From positions 1 to 19,655 of IMG/VR virus record IMGVR_UViG_3300029577_000167: a DNA stretch of 19,655 nt, one strand, 5' to 3'. Shown one piece after another: positions 8,988 through 16,042 of the stretch. Position 1 is the stretch's first letter, and each line of letters begins with the position of its first letter. The DNA comes from a virus. Its lineage: Duplodnaviria > Heunggongvirae > Uroviricota > Caudoviricetes. Under the pieces are notes generated by a model that was not told where the DNA came from, made no database searches, and saw only the letters and a list, made by a program, of their open reading frames with translations. The position numbers and the translations under genes were made by a program.

Positions 8988-9073
8988 TTCCTGTCAGACT
9001 ACCGAAAAGACCCACCTCATTGCCCCAGGCTACAGACCACCCACCTAATATTCCCAGGCAACCGAGAACGCGG
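8988..9073 (+). repeat. three tandem 28-31-bp C/A-rich repeats (core CAGRCWACMGA...CCCACCT)
   Basis: Units 8988-9018, 9019-9046, 9047-9073; paralogous triplet at 12989-13074. Confidence 0.7.
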
Positions 9074-9646
9074 TTCGCACGCGCAAACCCCGATACGTCA
9101 TTACCCAATACACGGAGAAGAACAGCCAGAACGAAACCCCGGACAAACCCAGACAAGAACAGGAGCCGTCACAATCTCGTTTACCCACCATTACCCCGAA
9201 AGAGAGCGCAAATTCCTGAATAGCAGGGAACGCCATTACTTCATATGCGGAGAACAACTAAAGCGCCCTACTGCCATTACCCACACTTTCATCATTTCAC
9301 GTAAACGAAGAGAAAAGCGCACCTGCCATTACTCCATACACGGAGAAGAACACTCACCAAAACGACGAGAACAACCCAGACGAAAACACAGAGAAGAACC
9401 ACCTCAAGAAGAACGAAACCACATATGCCGGTAGAAAGAACAAACCACCCATTTCACCCAAAGGAATACTCGCCGTATAGAGCGTTATCAGAGGGAAGGT
9501 TTATGCCCACATAAGAGAGAAAATTCGTGGGAGGTATAAGTGGGAAGGGAAGGAGGGGTATCGCCACTTTTTCCGCATAAATTCAAGCCATAGTTTTCAT
9601 CCCCCGTAACGTCCCTTTCCACCCCTTCGGTCAGCCTTCGGGCCAT

Positions 9647-9825
9647 CCGGGAAAGCTATGTCCCTTTTCAGGAACGGGAGCGTCGCCGCAGGGAAAAGGC
9701 TTGAGGTTTTCAGGGAAACGGTGGGAATCCCGCTATACGAACCGGGGAAAGGCTGGCTGCCGGTCGGGAAACGGGTACATCCCGGTACAGAGTGAGGGAC
9801 GACTGCGGGAGCGGTGCGGGAAATC
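9647..9825 (+). repeat. GGGAAA(C/A)GG-type direct repeats, about 21-bp period
   Basis: CCGGGAAAGC 9647, CAGGAACGGG 9669, GCAGGGAAAAGG 9687, CAGGGAAACGG 9711, CGGGGAAAGG 9743, TCGGGAAACGGG 9763, GCGGGAAATC 9816. Confidence 0.65.
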
Positions 9826-10093
9826 TTCGGGAGTGCGCCTTACTCTTCACTCGCCTGAAAATCGCGGGGGAGTGTCATTCCCTCTCGTGCAGCTACTGGA
9901 CTCCATTCTGCCAGACCATCATTGGGTCTCAAGCTATTTCAGTAGGTTTTCGGGGAGAAGGATATTCTGCCCACCAGCCCCGTGGCGCGCGTAGAGCAGA
10001 ATATCGTAAATACTGGCTCCCGTGTCGTTCCCGGATATTCACTGCCCAGCCTGGCTTTCACGACATAAAATCCTTTTCCGCCTTTGTCTTATT

Positions 10094-10128
10094 GCGATAA
10101 TAACACCAACAAGTAAACAACATGTTTA
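10094..10128 (+). promoter_or_regulatory. conserved upstream cassette (type A) before gene 10160
   Basis: GCGATAATAACACCAACAAGTAAACAACATGTTTA; palindrome AAACAACATGTTT at 10115-10127. Confidence 0.55.
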
Positions 10129-10159
10129 GACGTTATATAAACGAAGTGAGGATGAAGAG

Positions 10160-10378
10160 ATGATTAAGATGCCTGTGACGGTTGAGGTGTGGGGCGTGGA
10201 TTCCCTGGCTGAGTGTCTGGATGCAGTGGGGCCGGAGTTGTACCGCAAGTTGTGGTCGTTCGTCCCGGCAGAAGGGGAATCGCCCAAAGGGAAGGATATC
10301 TGGCACCTGCTGAGTGAAGATGAAAAGCGGGAGCTGGTGGACGCGGTACACAGCGAGTTCCCGGGCGACGAAGATTAA
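10160..10378 (+). CDS. hypothetical small acidic protein (72 aa; 17 D/E vs 7 K/R)
   Basis: GAGG RBS 8 nt upstream; followed by hairpin terminator at 10385-10410. Confidence 0.6.
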   Translation: MIKMPVTVEVWGVDSLAECLDAVGPELYRKLWSFVPAEGESPKGKDIWHLLSEDEKRELVDAVHSEFPGDED

Positions 10379-10384
10379 GAGTGA

Positions 10385-10410
10385 GGCCACCAGCACGGTG
10401 GCTTTTGTCG
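10385..10410 (+). terminator. intrinsic terminator (GCCACC-agcac-GGTGGC + TTTTG)
   Basis: Hairpin and T-run immediately after the stop of 10160-10378. Confidence 0.6.
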
Positions 10411-10450
10411 CTATTAACCTCCGGGGCAGCGCAGCACCGTAACGATATAC

Positions 10451-10506
10451 TTTGTGGCCGTTTTCTTACTGGTATTGTTTACGCAATTCAGAAAACAACA
10501 TGTTTA
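10451..10506 (+). promoter_or_regulatory. conserved upstream cassette (type B, about 56 bp) before gene 10518
   Basis: TTTGTGGCCGTTTTCTTACTGGTATTGTTTACGCAATTCAGAAAACAACATGTTTA; near-identical to 10942-10997. Confidence 0.55.
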
Positions 10507-10517
10507 AGGATTGCGTT

Positions 10518-10847
10518 ATGTTTGCAAATATCGACATCAACCAAATCAAGAAAATGACTCAAAAAGAGTTTGACCAGTTTTATGAGTTAGAAGGTTGGTC
10601 TTCCACGCTGATCAATTCGCGCTGGGTGCTTGAGCTGATGACTCGTGATGATGCTCCTGCTTTGATTATTTGCGACCTGGGTGATGATGCTGACTTTATG
10701 GATATGAGCGAATTTTGTGTGGATACATACAACCGCAGCCAGAAGTACTACTTCACATGCGATAGCGAGAATGACGTGATTTCTAAGCTCTATCTTCACC
10801 TTGTCCAGCATTGGGACGTTCAGGAGTTCCTTGATGTATTCGCGTAA
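10518..10847 (+). CDS. hypothetical acidic protein (109 aa; 21 D/E vs 8 K/R)
   Basis: AAGGA RBS; ATG at 10518 (ORF track begins upstream at 10452, inside the cassette). Confidence 0.6.
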   Translation: MFANIDINQIKKMTQKEFDQFYELEGWSSTLINSRWVLELMTRDDAPALIICDLGDDADFMDMSEFCVDTYNRSQKYYFTCDSENDVISKLYLHLVQHWDVQEFLDVFA

Positions 10848-10941
10848 ACCCAACCAAAGCCAGCACCGCCTGCTGGCTTAACTTCTCTGTAGCCGCAGGG
10901 AAGAACCACCTTTAGATAATTCATGTGCCTGAGCAATATGC

Positions 10942-10997
10942 TTTGTAGCCGTTTTTACACTGGTATTATTTACGCCATTGAGAAAACAATTTGTTTA
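10942..10997 (+). promoter_or_regulatory. conserved upstream cassette (type B) before gene 11008
   Basis: TTTGTAGCCGTTTTTACACTGGTATTATTTACGCCATTGAGAAAACAATTTGTTTA. Confidence 0.55.
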
Positions 10998-11007
10998 CGG
11001 AGTGGTG

Positions 11008-11319
11008 ATGAATACTTCATTGGTGCTGGGTCTTGCTGAAGGTCAGGAGAGAAAAGAAAAACCAACCTTAATGGGGCATCTCACATTGCTGGATATCGTA
11101 GCGAATGGGACTTCTATCCGTCTGTTTCGTGAAAAAGCCATTACCTTCGACGCGGGCAATTTTACGCGCTATGTGATGGTAGTTCGTCGCCAGCGTGGAA
11201 GAGGGTGGATGTCGGTCCAGAAAATGTGGCCAGAGGACCAGCTTGAACTGGCGCTGATGGAAGCCAACCGTGTCGCCCAACAAGAGATCCAACGAGCGTC
11301 TGTTCAGGCGGTAGCTTAA
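11008..11319 (+). CDS. hypothetical protein (103 aa)
   Basis: GGAG 5 nt upstream of ATG 11008; terminator at 11354-11382. Confidence 0.55.
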   Translation: MNTSLVLGLAEGQERKEKPTLMGHLTLLDIVANGTSIRLFREKAITFDAGNFTRYVMVVRRQRGRGWMSVQKMWPEDQLELALMEANRVAQQEIQRASVQAVA

Positions 11320-11353
11320 ACATGTGCAAGCAGTAGTTAGTCGAATGTACGAC

Positions 11354-11382
11354 AGCCCCGCCAATCCTTCGGGGCTTTTTTG
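11354..11382 (+). terminator. intrinsic terminator (AGCCCC-gccaatccttc-GGGGCT + TTTTTT)
   Basis: GC-rich hairpin followed by a 6-T run. Confidence 0.7.
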
Positions 11383-11440
11383 TATTGTAAGTACTTACTT
11401 ATGATAATAAAATTAAAAATTAAACACTAAGGAGAGTGAA

Positions 11441-11836
11441 ATGACCGTTAAACGCGAAAATCTGACCCTGGATATGTATTATGCATCAGAGACGGAAAAT
11501 GGAGACAAAGTTGCAAAAATTACAATTGTGCTACGCGATAATGCCTCCGGCGAAGAAGTTCACACCAGTACCTTAACTCGCACCGGCGAGGCCACAAAGG
11601 GAAAATATTCGGTGCGTTACCAAAGCATCAGTAATGCTTCTGACCCTTTACTGATAAAACTGGAAACTCATTTCCGTGGCGCGGATCAGACGTTGTTTGA
11701 AAATTTGATGAAAAAGGTCGATGCGGTTTATACATCGAGTTTAAATACCAATAGTACCTGGATGGGACAACACGGTCTGCGAATAATCTCCGGCGAAAAG
11801 ATCGACACCATTGTCCCTGAAAGCGTATTCGCTTAA
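11441..11836 (+). CDS. hypothetical protein (131 aa)
   Basis: AAGGAGAG RBS; AT-rich leader containing the perfect palindrome GTAAGTACTTAC (11387-11398); terminator at 11847-11872. Confidence 0.6.
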   Translation: MTVKRENLTLDMYYASETENGDKVAKITIVLRDNASGEEVHTSTLTRTGEATKGKYSVRYQSISNASDPLLIKLETHFRGADQTLFENLMKKVDAVYTSSLNTNSTWMGQHGLRIISGEKIDTIVPESVFA

Positions 11837-11846
11837 TCCTCTTTGA

Positions 11847-11872
11847 ATGGCGCGTAAACCGCGCCATTTTCT
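11847..11872 (+). terminator. intrinsic terminator (ATGGCGCG-taaacc-GCGCCAT + TTTTCTT)
   Basis: Hairpin plus T-rich tail after stop at 11836. Confidence 0.65.
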
Positions 11873-11953
11873 TATTCCCGATAACAATTTGTTTTCTGCC
11901 TTATCTGATTTGTGAAAATGATTTCACTGAAGCAACTTAATAAGGATACCATC

Positions 11954-12328
11954 ATGGGACTTGATATCTATATCGAGACGCAGCCTAAAAACGATCTGAA
12001 TAACGAGGCATCCAGAAAGCAGGTTGCTTACTTCCGTAAGTTCAATGCGCTCGTTGGGTGGATGGAGCGCAACGTAGGTGAAGTCGAAAATTGTGAGCTT
12101 TTAGAATTAACGATGAATGACATTTGTTTTCTGAAGGCTCATTTGATGCACATAAACGAAAGTAATTGCGAAGTGTACTTACCTACCCGGGAAGGTTTTT
12201 TCTTCGGCAGTCAGGAGTACGATGAAGGTTACTGGCATGACGTGGATAAGCTGAAAAAACTTGTGGAAGACCTGATCAGGAACCACGACTTTCACAATAA
12301 CAGACTGACGTTCCGTGCCTGGTGGTAA
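11954..12328 (+). CDS. hypothetical protein (124 aa)
   Basis: AAGGA RBS before ATG 11954; shortened cassette copy (CGATAACAATTTGTTTTCTGCC) at 11871-11900. Confidence 0.55.
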   Translation: MGLDIYIETQPKNDLNNEASRKQVAYFRKFNALVGWMERNVGEVENCELLELTMNDICFLKAHLMHINESNCEVYLPTREGFFFGSQEYDEGYWHDVDKLKKLVEDLIRNHDFHNNRLTFRAWW

Positions 12329-12330
12329 AT

Positions 12331-12474
12331 ATGGGCGATTTCAAGAAACGCCTGAAGGAGAGAGCCGAGATGGTCAGAAAGCGAAACGCCTCTTCTGTCA
12401 TAAGATACGCAAGGCAGTTTAGTCGCAACAACAAATCAGTTGAGGAAAAGATCCTTAGCGTAATCGGGCGATAA
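12331..12474 (+). CDS. possible small basic protein (47 aa), starts 2 nt after the upstream stop
   Basis: MGDFKKRLKERAEMVRKRNASSVIRYARQFSRNNKSVEEKILSVIGR; below the ORF-track size cutoff; followed by hairpin 12481-12506. Confidence 0.3.
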   Translation: MGDFKKRLKERAEMVRKRNASSVIRYARQFSRNNKSVEEKILSVIGR

Positions 12475-12610
12475 TTATTAAGGCCACCAGCATTGGTGGT
12501 CTTAAATGACTTTTAATAACCGAAGGTTAGTTTGAAACCTGGCTATCAACTTCCAGAACCTTTCTTGTGTATTCAGCCTGTATTAACTTCTTTTATGCCT
12601 TATCTACACT

Positions 12611-12645
12611 GCGATAATTACACCAACAAGAAAACAATATGTTTA
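12611..12645 (+). promoter_or_regulatory. conserved upstream cassette (type A) before gene 12664
   Basis: GCGATAATTACACCAACAAGAAAACAATATGTTTA; palindrome at 12632-12644. Confidence 0.55.
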
Positions 12646-12663
12646 CGCAGTGAGGATATGCTC

Positions 12664-12945
12664 ATGACTGATTTCACCATTACCCCTAAAGCACAAAATG
12701 TATTCCTTGAATCATGGCTGGACTTGCCGGAAACAGAACAGCAAGAAATGGATCATGTGGAATATGACGAGCAGGTAAGCACGCGATTCTTCCACTTTGA
12801 GGGCTGCGTTTACGACATTGCCGACTTCATGCGAGATGACCGCTTCCCTGAATGGCACGCAAGCTATCCACTAAACGCCTTCGCCATGCTGATGATCCGT
12901 GTGGATGATTCAGGGGATACCATCGACATCGGTCTGCTCCACTAA
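12664..12945 (+). CDS. hypothetical small acidic protein (93 aa; 20 D/E vs 5 K/R)
   Basis: GAGG 8 nt upstream of ATG 12664; hairpin 12951-12977 after the stop. Confidence 0.6.
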   Translation: MTDFTITPKAQNVFLESWLDLPETEQQEMDHVEYDEQVSTRFFHFEGCVYDIADFMRDDRFPEWHASYPLNAFAMLMIRVDDSGDTIDIGLLH

Positions 12946-12988
12946 AGAGTAAGGCCACCAATGCTGGTGGCCTTAAATGACCATCCTG

Positions 12989-13074
12989 TTTCCCGCAGGC
13001 TAAAAACACCAACCTCTTACCTCCAGGCAACCGACAAACCCACCTGTTCCCGTCCGGCTACCGCAACTTTCCAC
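12989..13074 (+). repeat. three tandem about 29-bp C/A-rich repeats, paralogous to 8988-9073
   Basis: TTTCCCGCAGGCTAAAAACACCAACCTC / TTACCTCCAGGCAACCGACAAACCCACCTG / TTCCCGTCCGGCTACCGCAACTTTCCAC; CCAGGCAACCGA core matches 9055-9066 exactly (12/12). Confidence 0.7.
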
Positions 13075-13094
13075 TTTGACGCCTTATTCGTACA

Positions 13095-13130
13095 ACGATA
13101 ATTAACACCAACAAGAAAACAATTTGTTAT
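13095..13130 (+). promoter_or_regulatory. conserved upstream cassette (type A) before gene 13150
   Basis: CGATAATTAACACCAACAAGAAAACAATTTGTTAT; a possible -35 TTGACG at 13075-13080. Confidence 0.55.
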
Positions 13131-13149
13131 TTACGATAAGGAATTAATC

Positions 13150-13632
13150 ATGAATTTTATCGCTACTGTAAACGCACCCGCACATGGCAATATCGCTGTA
13201 ACGTTCTCTGATATTGAAAAACGAGTACTTGGTGCATGGCGCGACAATGAGACGGTAGAACTGTCAGCACAAGAAAAATGCATTATTGCACGCGACATCA
13301 TTTGCAAACGTCGTTACTCACGGGTAATTGAGAAAGCGTATGTCGCAAATTCTGGCTTCGGAACATTTGTCTTCCCGGTACGCTCCGGGCGATTCTGCCA
13401 GTCCAAGCTGATTGAGTTCGCTACGCAGATTTCTGTCTGGATTAAAACTCAATCGTCGTTCAAATTTTCCGACGATGAAGCAGTATCGCAGGGGATGCGG
13501 ATCGCCAACAATGCAATAAAATGCAAAAACATTACGTATGCCGCTGGCGTTGACACATGGAAACTGTTTTGCGCTAACTTTATGCTGAATGTATACGCAA
13601 GCAACCGCATCCACATCCTTGATGGCGTGTAA
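13150..13632 (+). CDS. hypothetical protein (160 aa)
   Basis: AAGGA RBS; hairpin GGGCC-agaaac-GGCCC + TTTCTCT at 13641-13662. Confidence 0.6.
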   Translation: MNFIATVNAPAHGNIAVTFSDIEKRVLGAWRDNETVELSAQEKCIIARDIICKRRYSRVIEKAYVANSGFGTFVFPVRSGRFCQSKLIEFATQISVWIKTQSSFKFSDDEAVSQGMRIANNAIKCKNITYAAGVDTWKLFCANFMLNVYASNRIHILDGV

Positions 13633-13677
13633 CTGAGAAGAGGGCCAGAAACGGCCCTTTCTCTATAGCCACCAGCT

Positions 13678-13818
13678 GCCGCAGGGAAATTTTCAGAAAC
13701 GGCGAGGAACGCATTCATGAGCCGACGGGAAACGGCCAAGATTTTTTCGGGAAACGGCGGGGGTCGCCTTTATGTAGAAAACTGAGCGGGAGAAACCCGG
13801 AATCGCGCCAGAAATTGC
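13678..13818 (+). repeat. second cluster of GGGAAACGG-type repeats, about 22-bp period
   Basis: GCCGCAGGGAAATTTTC 13678, CAGAAACGGCG 13694, CGACGGGAAACGGCC 13723, TTCGGGAAACGGCGG 13747, GCGGGAGAAACCCGG 13785, CGCCAGAAATTGCG 13805. Confidence 0.6.
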
Positions 13819-14231
13819 GTAGCGGCGCTGGGGTAGCGCTGGTGGGGGTTTCAGCCCCTGGGCCATCCAGATAGCTTTCGCTATGTGATTATGTGAATCC
13901 GTGGGTAAATCACTGTAAGCGCGTACACGTTGCCCAACGTGGCAATCATATGCGAGCGGATACAAAACAACACAAAGAGCCGATCCGCGCCGACAAATAA
14001 ACGCGGATCACATAGCAAGACTAAAAGCCAATGATTAACCATACTCTATAGCGCAATATAACGCGTTTTAAGCGCGTTAATGTGTTAAGTAATGTGTATG
14101 TACTAACAAGGATATAAAAGCGCGTCTATGGCGTTATTTTGGTGCTTATTTTTATGTTGTTGGAGCGAGTTAAAGACAATAAAAAACGCGCTAATGATGG
14201 CGCGTTATGGTGGGAGTATTGGAAACGAAAA

Positions 14232-14250
14232 AAGCGCCCATAGTGGGCGC
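14232..14250 (-). terminator. 19-bp perfect palindrome AGCGCCCATAGTGGGCGCT, terminator for gene 14257-14487
   Basis: Flanked by AAAAAA on the plus strand (a U-run on the minus-strand transcript); identical copy at 14507-14525. Confidence 0.6.
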
Positions 14251-14256
14251 TCGATT

Positions 14257-14487
14257 TTATTTGTGTAAACTAATTTTGAATCCCATTTCTACAAACGCTT
14301 TTAACATTAAAAATATATCAGCGTCATTCACGTCTGCTTTTTTTCGCTCCTGGTCGTTCAATAAGTCAATTTTGCGCGTTGTTTCATTTATAAACTCGAC
14401 TGCGCGCCCAGCGATCCCAGCGATCCCAGCGATGCGATTAACATAATATTCATTATGGACGTTAACGCCAGCGATAAGAACAAACAT
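14257..14487 (-). CDS. hypothetical small protein (76 aa) containing IAG-IAG-IAG from a 9-bp tandem repeat
   Basis: AAGGAG RBS 8 nt upstream on the minus strand; low-GC region. Confidence 0.5.
   Translation of the reverse strand: MFVLIAGVNVHNEYYVNRIAGIAGIAGRAVEFINETTRKIDLLNDQERKKADVNDADIFLMLKAFVEMGFKISLHK
14407..14433. repeat. perfect 3x tandem repeat of CCCAGCGAT (in frame inside ORF 14257-14487)
   Basis: Units at 14407-14415, 14416-14424, 14425-14433. Confidence 0.9.
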
Positions 14488-14506
14488 GATTAAGCTCCTT
14501 AAAACT

Positions 14507-14525
14507 AGCGCCCATAGTGGGCGCT
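14507..14525 (-). terminator. second copy of 19-bp palindrome AGCGCCCATAGTGGGCGCT, terminator for gene 14538-15188
   Basis: Identical to 14232-14250; lies 13 bp past the stop of the 216-aa gene. Confidence 0.55.
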
Positions 14526-14537
14526 ATATCCATCTAA

Positions 14538-15188
14538 TTACGCTTTGAAAGCATCAGCCAGATAGTTATAAAAATCATTTTTAACGAAGCGATATTGCTG
14601 TGATCCGTTTTTCGCTGCACCCATTCCTTTGATTTTTTCGACCAGTCCCAGACGTTCGCAAAGATTGATAAGCTGGTTGGCTTGAGTGTATCCTGCGTCT
14701 AATTTTATTTCGTTGGCTTTTTTCGCTTCATTCATTAAATCGAAAACAGCGCCATTGGTGAACGTGTCGATCTCGTCGTTAATCATATCGATTAAAGCGA
14801 ATACACGAGATCCGGACATATCAGCGACGGAATAAACACACTTTCCAGCTTTAATAGATTTAACCAGATAAACCAGTTTTTCGAGTGAATAGCTATTGGT
14901 CATAGCTTCACGGAAAAACGCTTCAGGTGCTTGTTTACTTGCTTTAATCGCGTAGTAAAAGATACCAGCTAATTTCTCATCATTAACAGCGTTTAAAACG
15001 TTGTTGGTGAAGTATGCTAGTTTGGTAGACGCTGCAAGCATGTTAGCTTTATCCGCTTTTGTGTGTGTACCATTTTTATAATGATTGTTATAAGTCTGAG
15101 TAGCGTTGTTGGCTGCAACTTGTAACTCATTAGCGATAACCACAGCAGCGTCGATAATGGATTTTTTAGAAATGGTAACGTTAGACAT
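14538..15188 (-). CDS. hypothetical protein (216 aa) in AT-rich acquired segment
   Basis: AAGGA RBS 8 nt upstream on the minus strand; N/K/A-rich composition distinct from neighbours; no motif recognised. Confidence 0.6.
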   Translation of the reverse strand: MSNVTISKKSIIDAAVVIANELQVAANNATQTYNNHYKNGTHTKADKANMLAASTKLAYFTNNVLNAVNDEKLAGIFYYAIKASKQAPEAFFREAMTNSYSLEKLVYLVKSIKAGKCVYSVADMSGSRVFALIDMINDEIDTFTNGAVFDLMNEAKKANEIKLDAGYTQANQLINLCERLGLVEKIKGMGAAKNGSQQYRFVKNDFYNYLADAFKA

Positions 15189-15461
15189 GATGTTAATCCT
15201 TATGTAATATTGATAACTTAATTTGTTGTTTGTTTATCGTTAGCGTGTTCGCTTTCGATGTGACTAATTATCGATATACAGAAATTAAAATCAAGAGTTT
15301 TTTATGCGGGAACGAAAAAATTTTTCTCCAATAAAAATCAAAATCTTAGAAATAAAACGCGTTTTCTCGAAGGTGTTGCCTAAATAAATTCTCTATTCAG
15401 CCAATCACCCTTATATATTTAAATTGGAATCGAGTTTGTGGGAAATAAATATAACGGGAAG

Positions 15462-15498
15462 TGACGAATAAAATAATAACCGGACTTAGCCGGTTATT
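15462..15498 (-). terminator. intrinsic terminator of the helicase-side operon
   Basis: AATAACCGG-acttag-CCGGTTATT hairpin (15475-15498) followed on the minus strand by a U-rich tract. Confidence 0.6.
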
Positions 15499-15510
15499 AC
15501 CCTTATAGAT

Positions 15511-16038
15511 TTAAAACGGTAAAATCCGTTCGACCCAATCGAACATGGCGACTGTCTTCCTACCGTCCCCCATGTTGAGTGTGACCTGACAAGCGTCAAC
15601 GCCTGAAGACACCCCCTCAATTTCACGGCCATCCGCCATGTAGACCCTTATAGACTTCTGCATCTCATGGGCCTGGCGACAAATTTTGAAGAAATCACGG
15701 CGAGATGGCCGATTGTCCACATAGTCTGGGTGTATCGTTGTCCGACCCGTGAAGTCGTGTGCAATGCCTTCTGTCACACCTGATTCAATCGTGCTGATTC
15801 GCTCAAGTGGGAGCCTTATACGATTATCTTTGTCGAACGGGGCAGGGCAAAGGTCGACCTTGTTGCGTGACGACATGAGACCCTGAACATACATGCAGAA
15901 CACCTGACCATCTTCCATCGTGACCCTTACAGGAATAAGAGACTTGCGCCAGAACATCAGCGCTTTCTCCACGTTGGTGTAATCGCGCGGCCAGACTTCT
16001 GCAGGAATCCCGTAGGTGATGTCAGTAATATTCGTCAT
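15511..16038 (-). CDS. hypothetical protein (175 aa) with internal duplication of an RVxMxDG module
   Basis: Start ATG at 16038 lies 2 nt after the upstream stop (ORF track extends to 16080). PVRVTMEDGQVF...LERISTIE and SIRVYMADGREI...FDWVERI look like tandem copies. Confidence 0.5.
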   Translation of the reverse strand: MTNITDITYGIPAEVWPRDYTNVEKALMFWRKSLIPVRVTMEDGQVFCMYVQGLMSSRNKVDLCPAPFDKDNRIRLPLERISTIESGVTEGIAHDFTGRTTIHPDYVDNRPSRRDFFKICRQAHEMQKSIRVYMADGREIEGVSSGVDACQVTLNMGDGRKTVAMFDWVERILPF

Positions 16039-16042
16039 ATCG

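Noticed and set aside
8874-9434. 186-aa plus-strand ORF (and overlapping 9020-9223, 8959-9156, 9045-9257)
   Set aside because: Lies entirely in the C/A-rich repeat region, begins inside an operator-like palindrome, and is dominated by R/H/P/E repeats; more likely non-coding repeat DNA.
9701-10100. ORFs 9701-9994 and 9792-10100
   Set aside because: Overlap the GGGAAACGG repeat array; G/R-rich translations produced by the repeats, no RBS.
7286-13632. Possibility that the small-gene array is an integron cassette array
   Set aside because: Each gene has its own upstream cassette rather than attC-type 3' recombination sites; no intI integrase or attI in the window.
13693-13965. 90-aa minus-strand ORF (also 13449-13739, 13318-13614)
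   Set aside because: Overlap the repeat region or are antisense to gene 13150-13632; no RBS.
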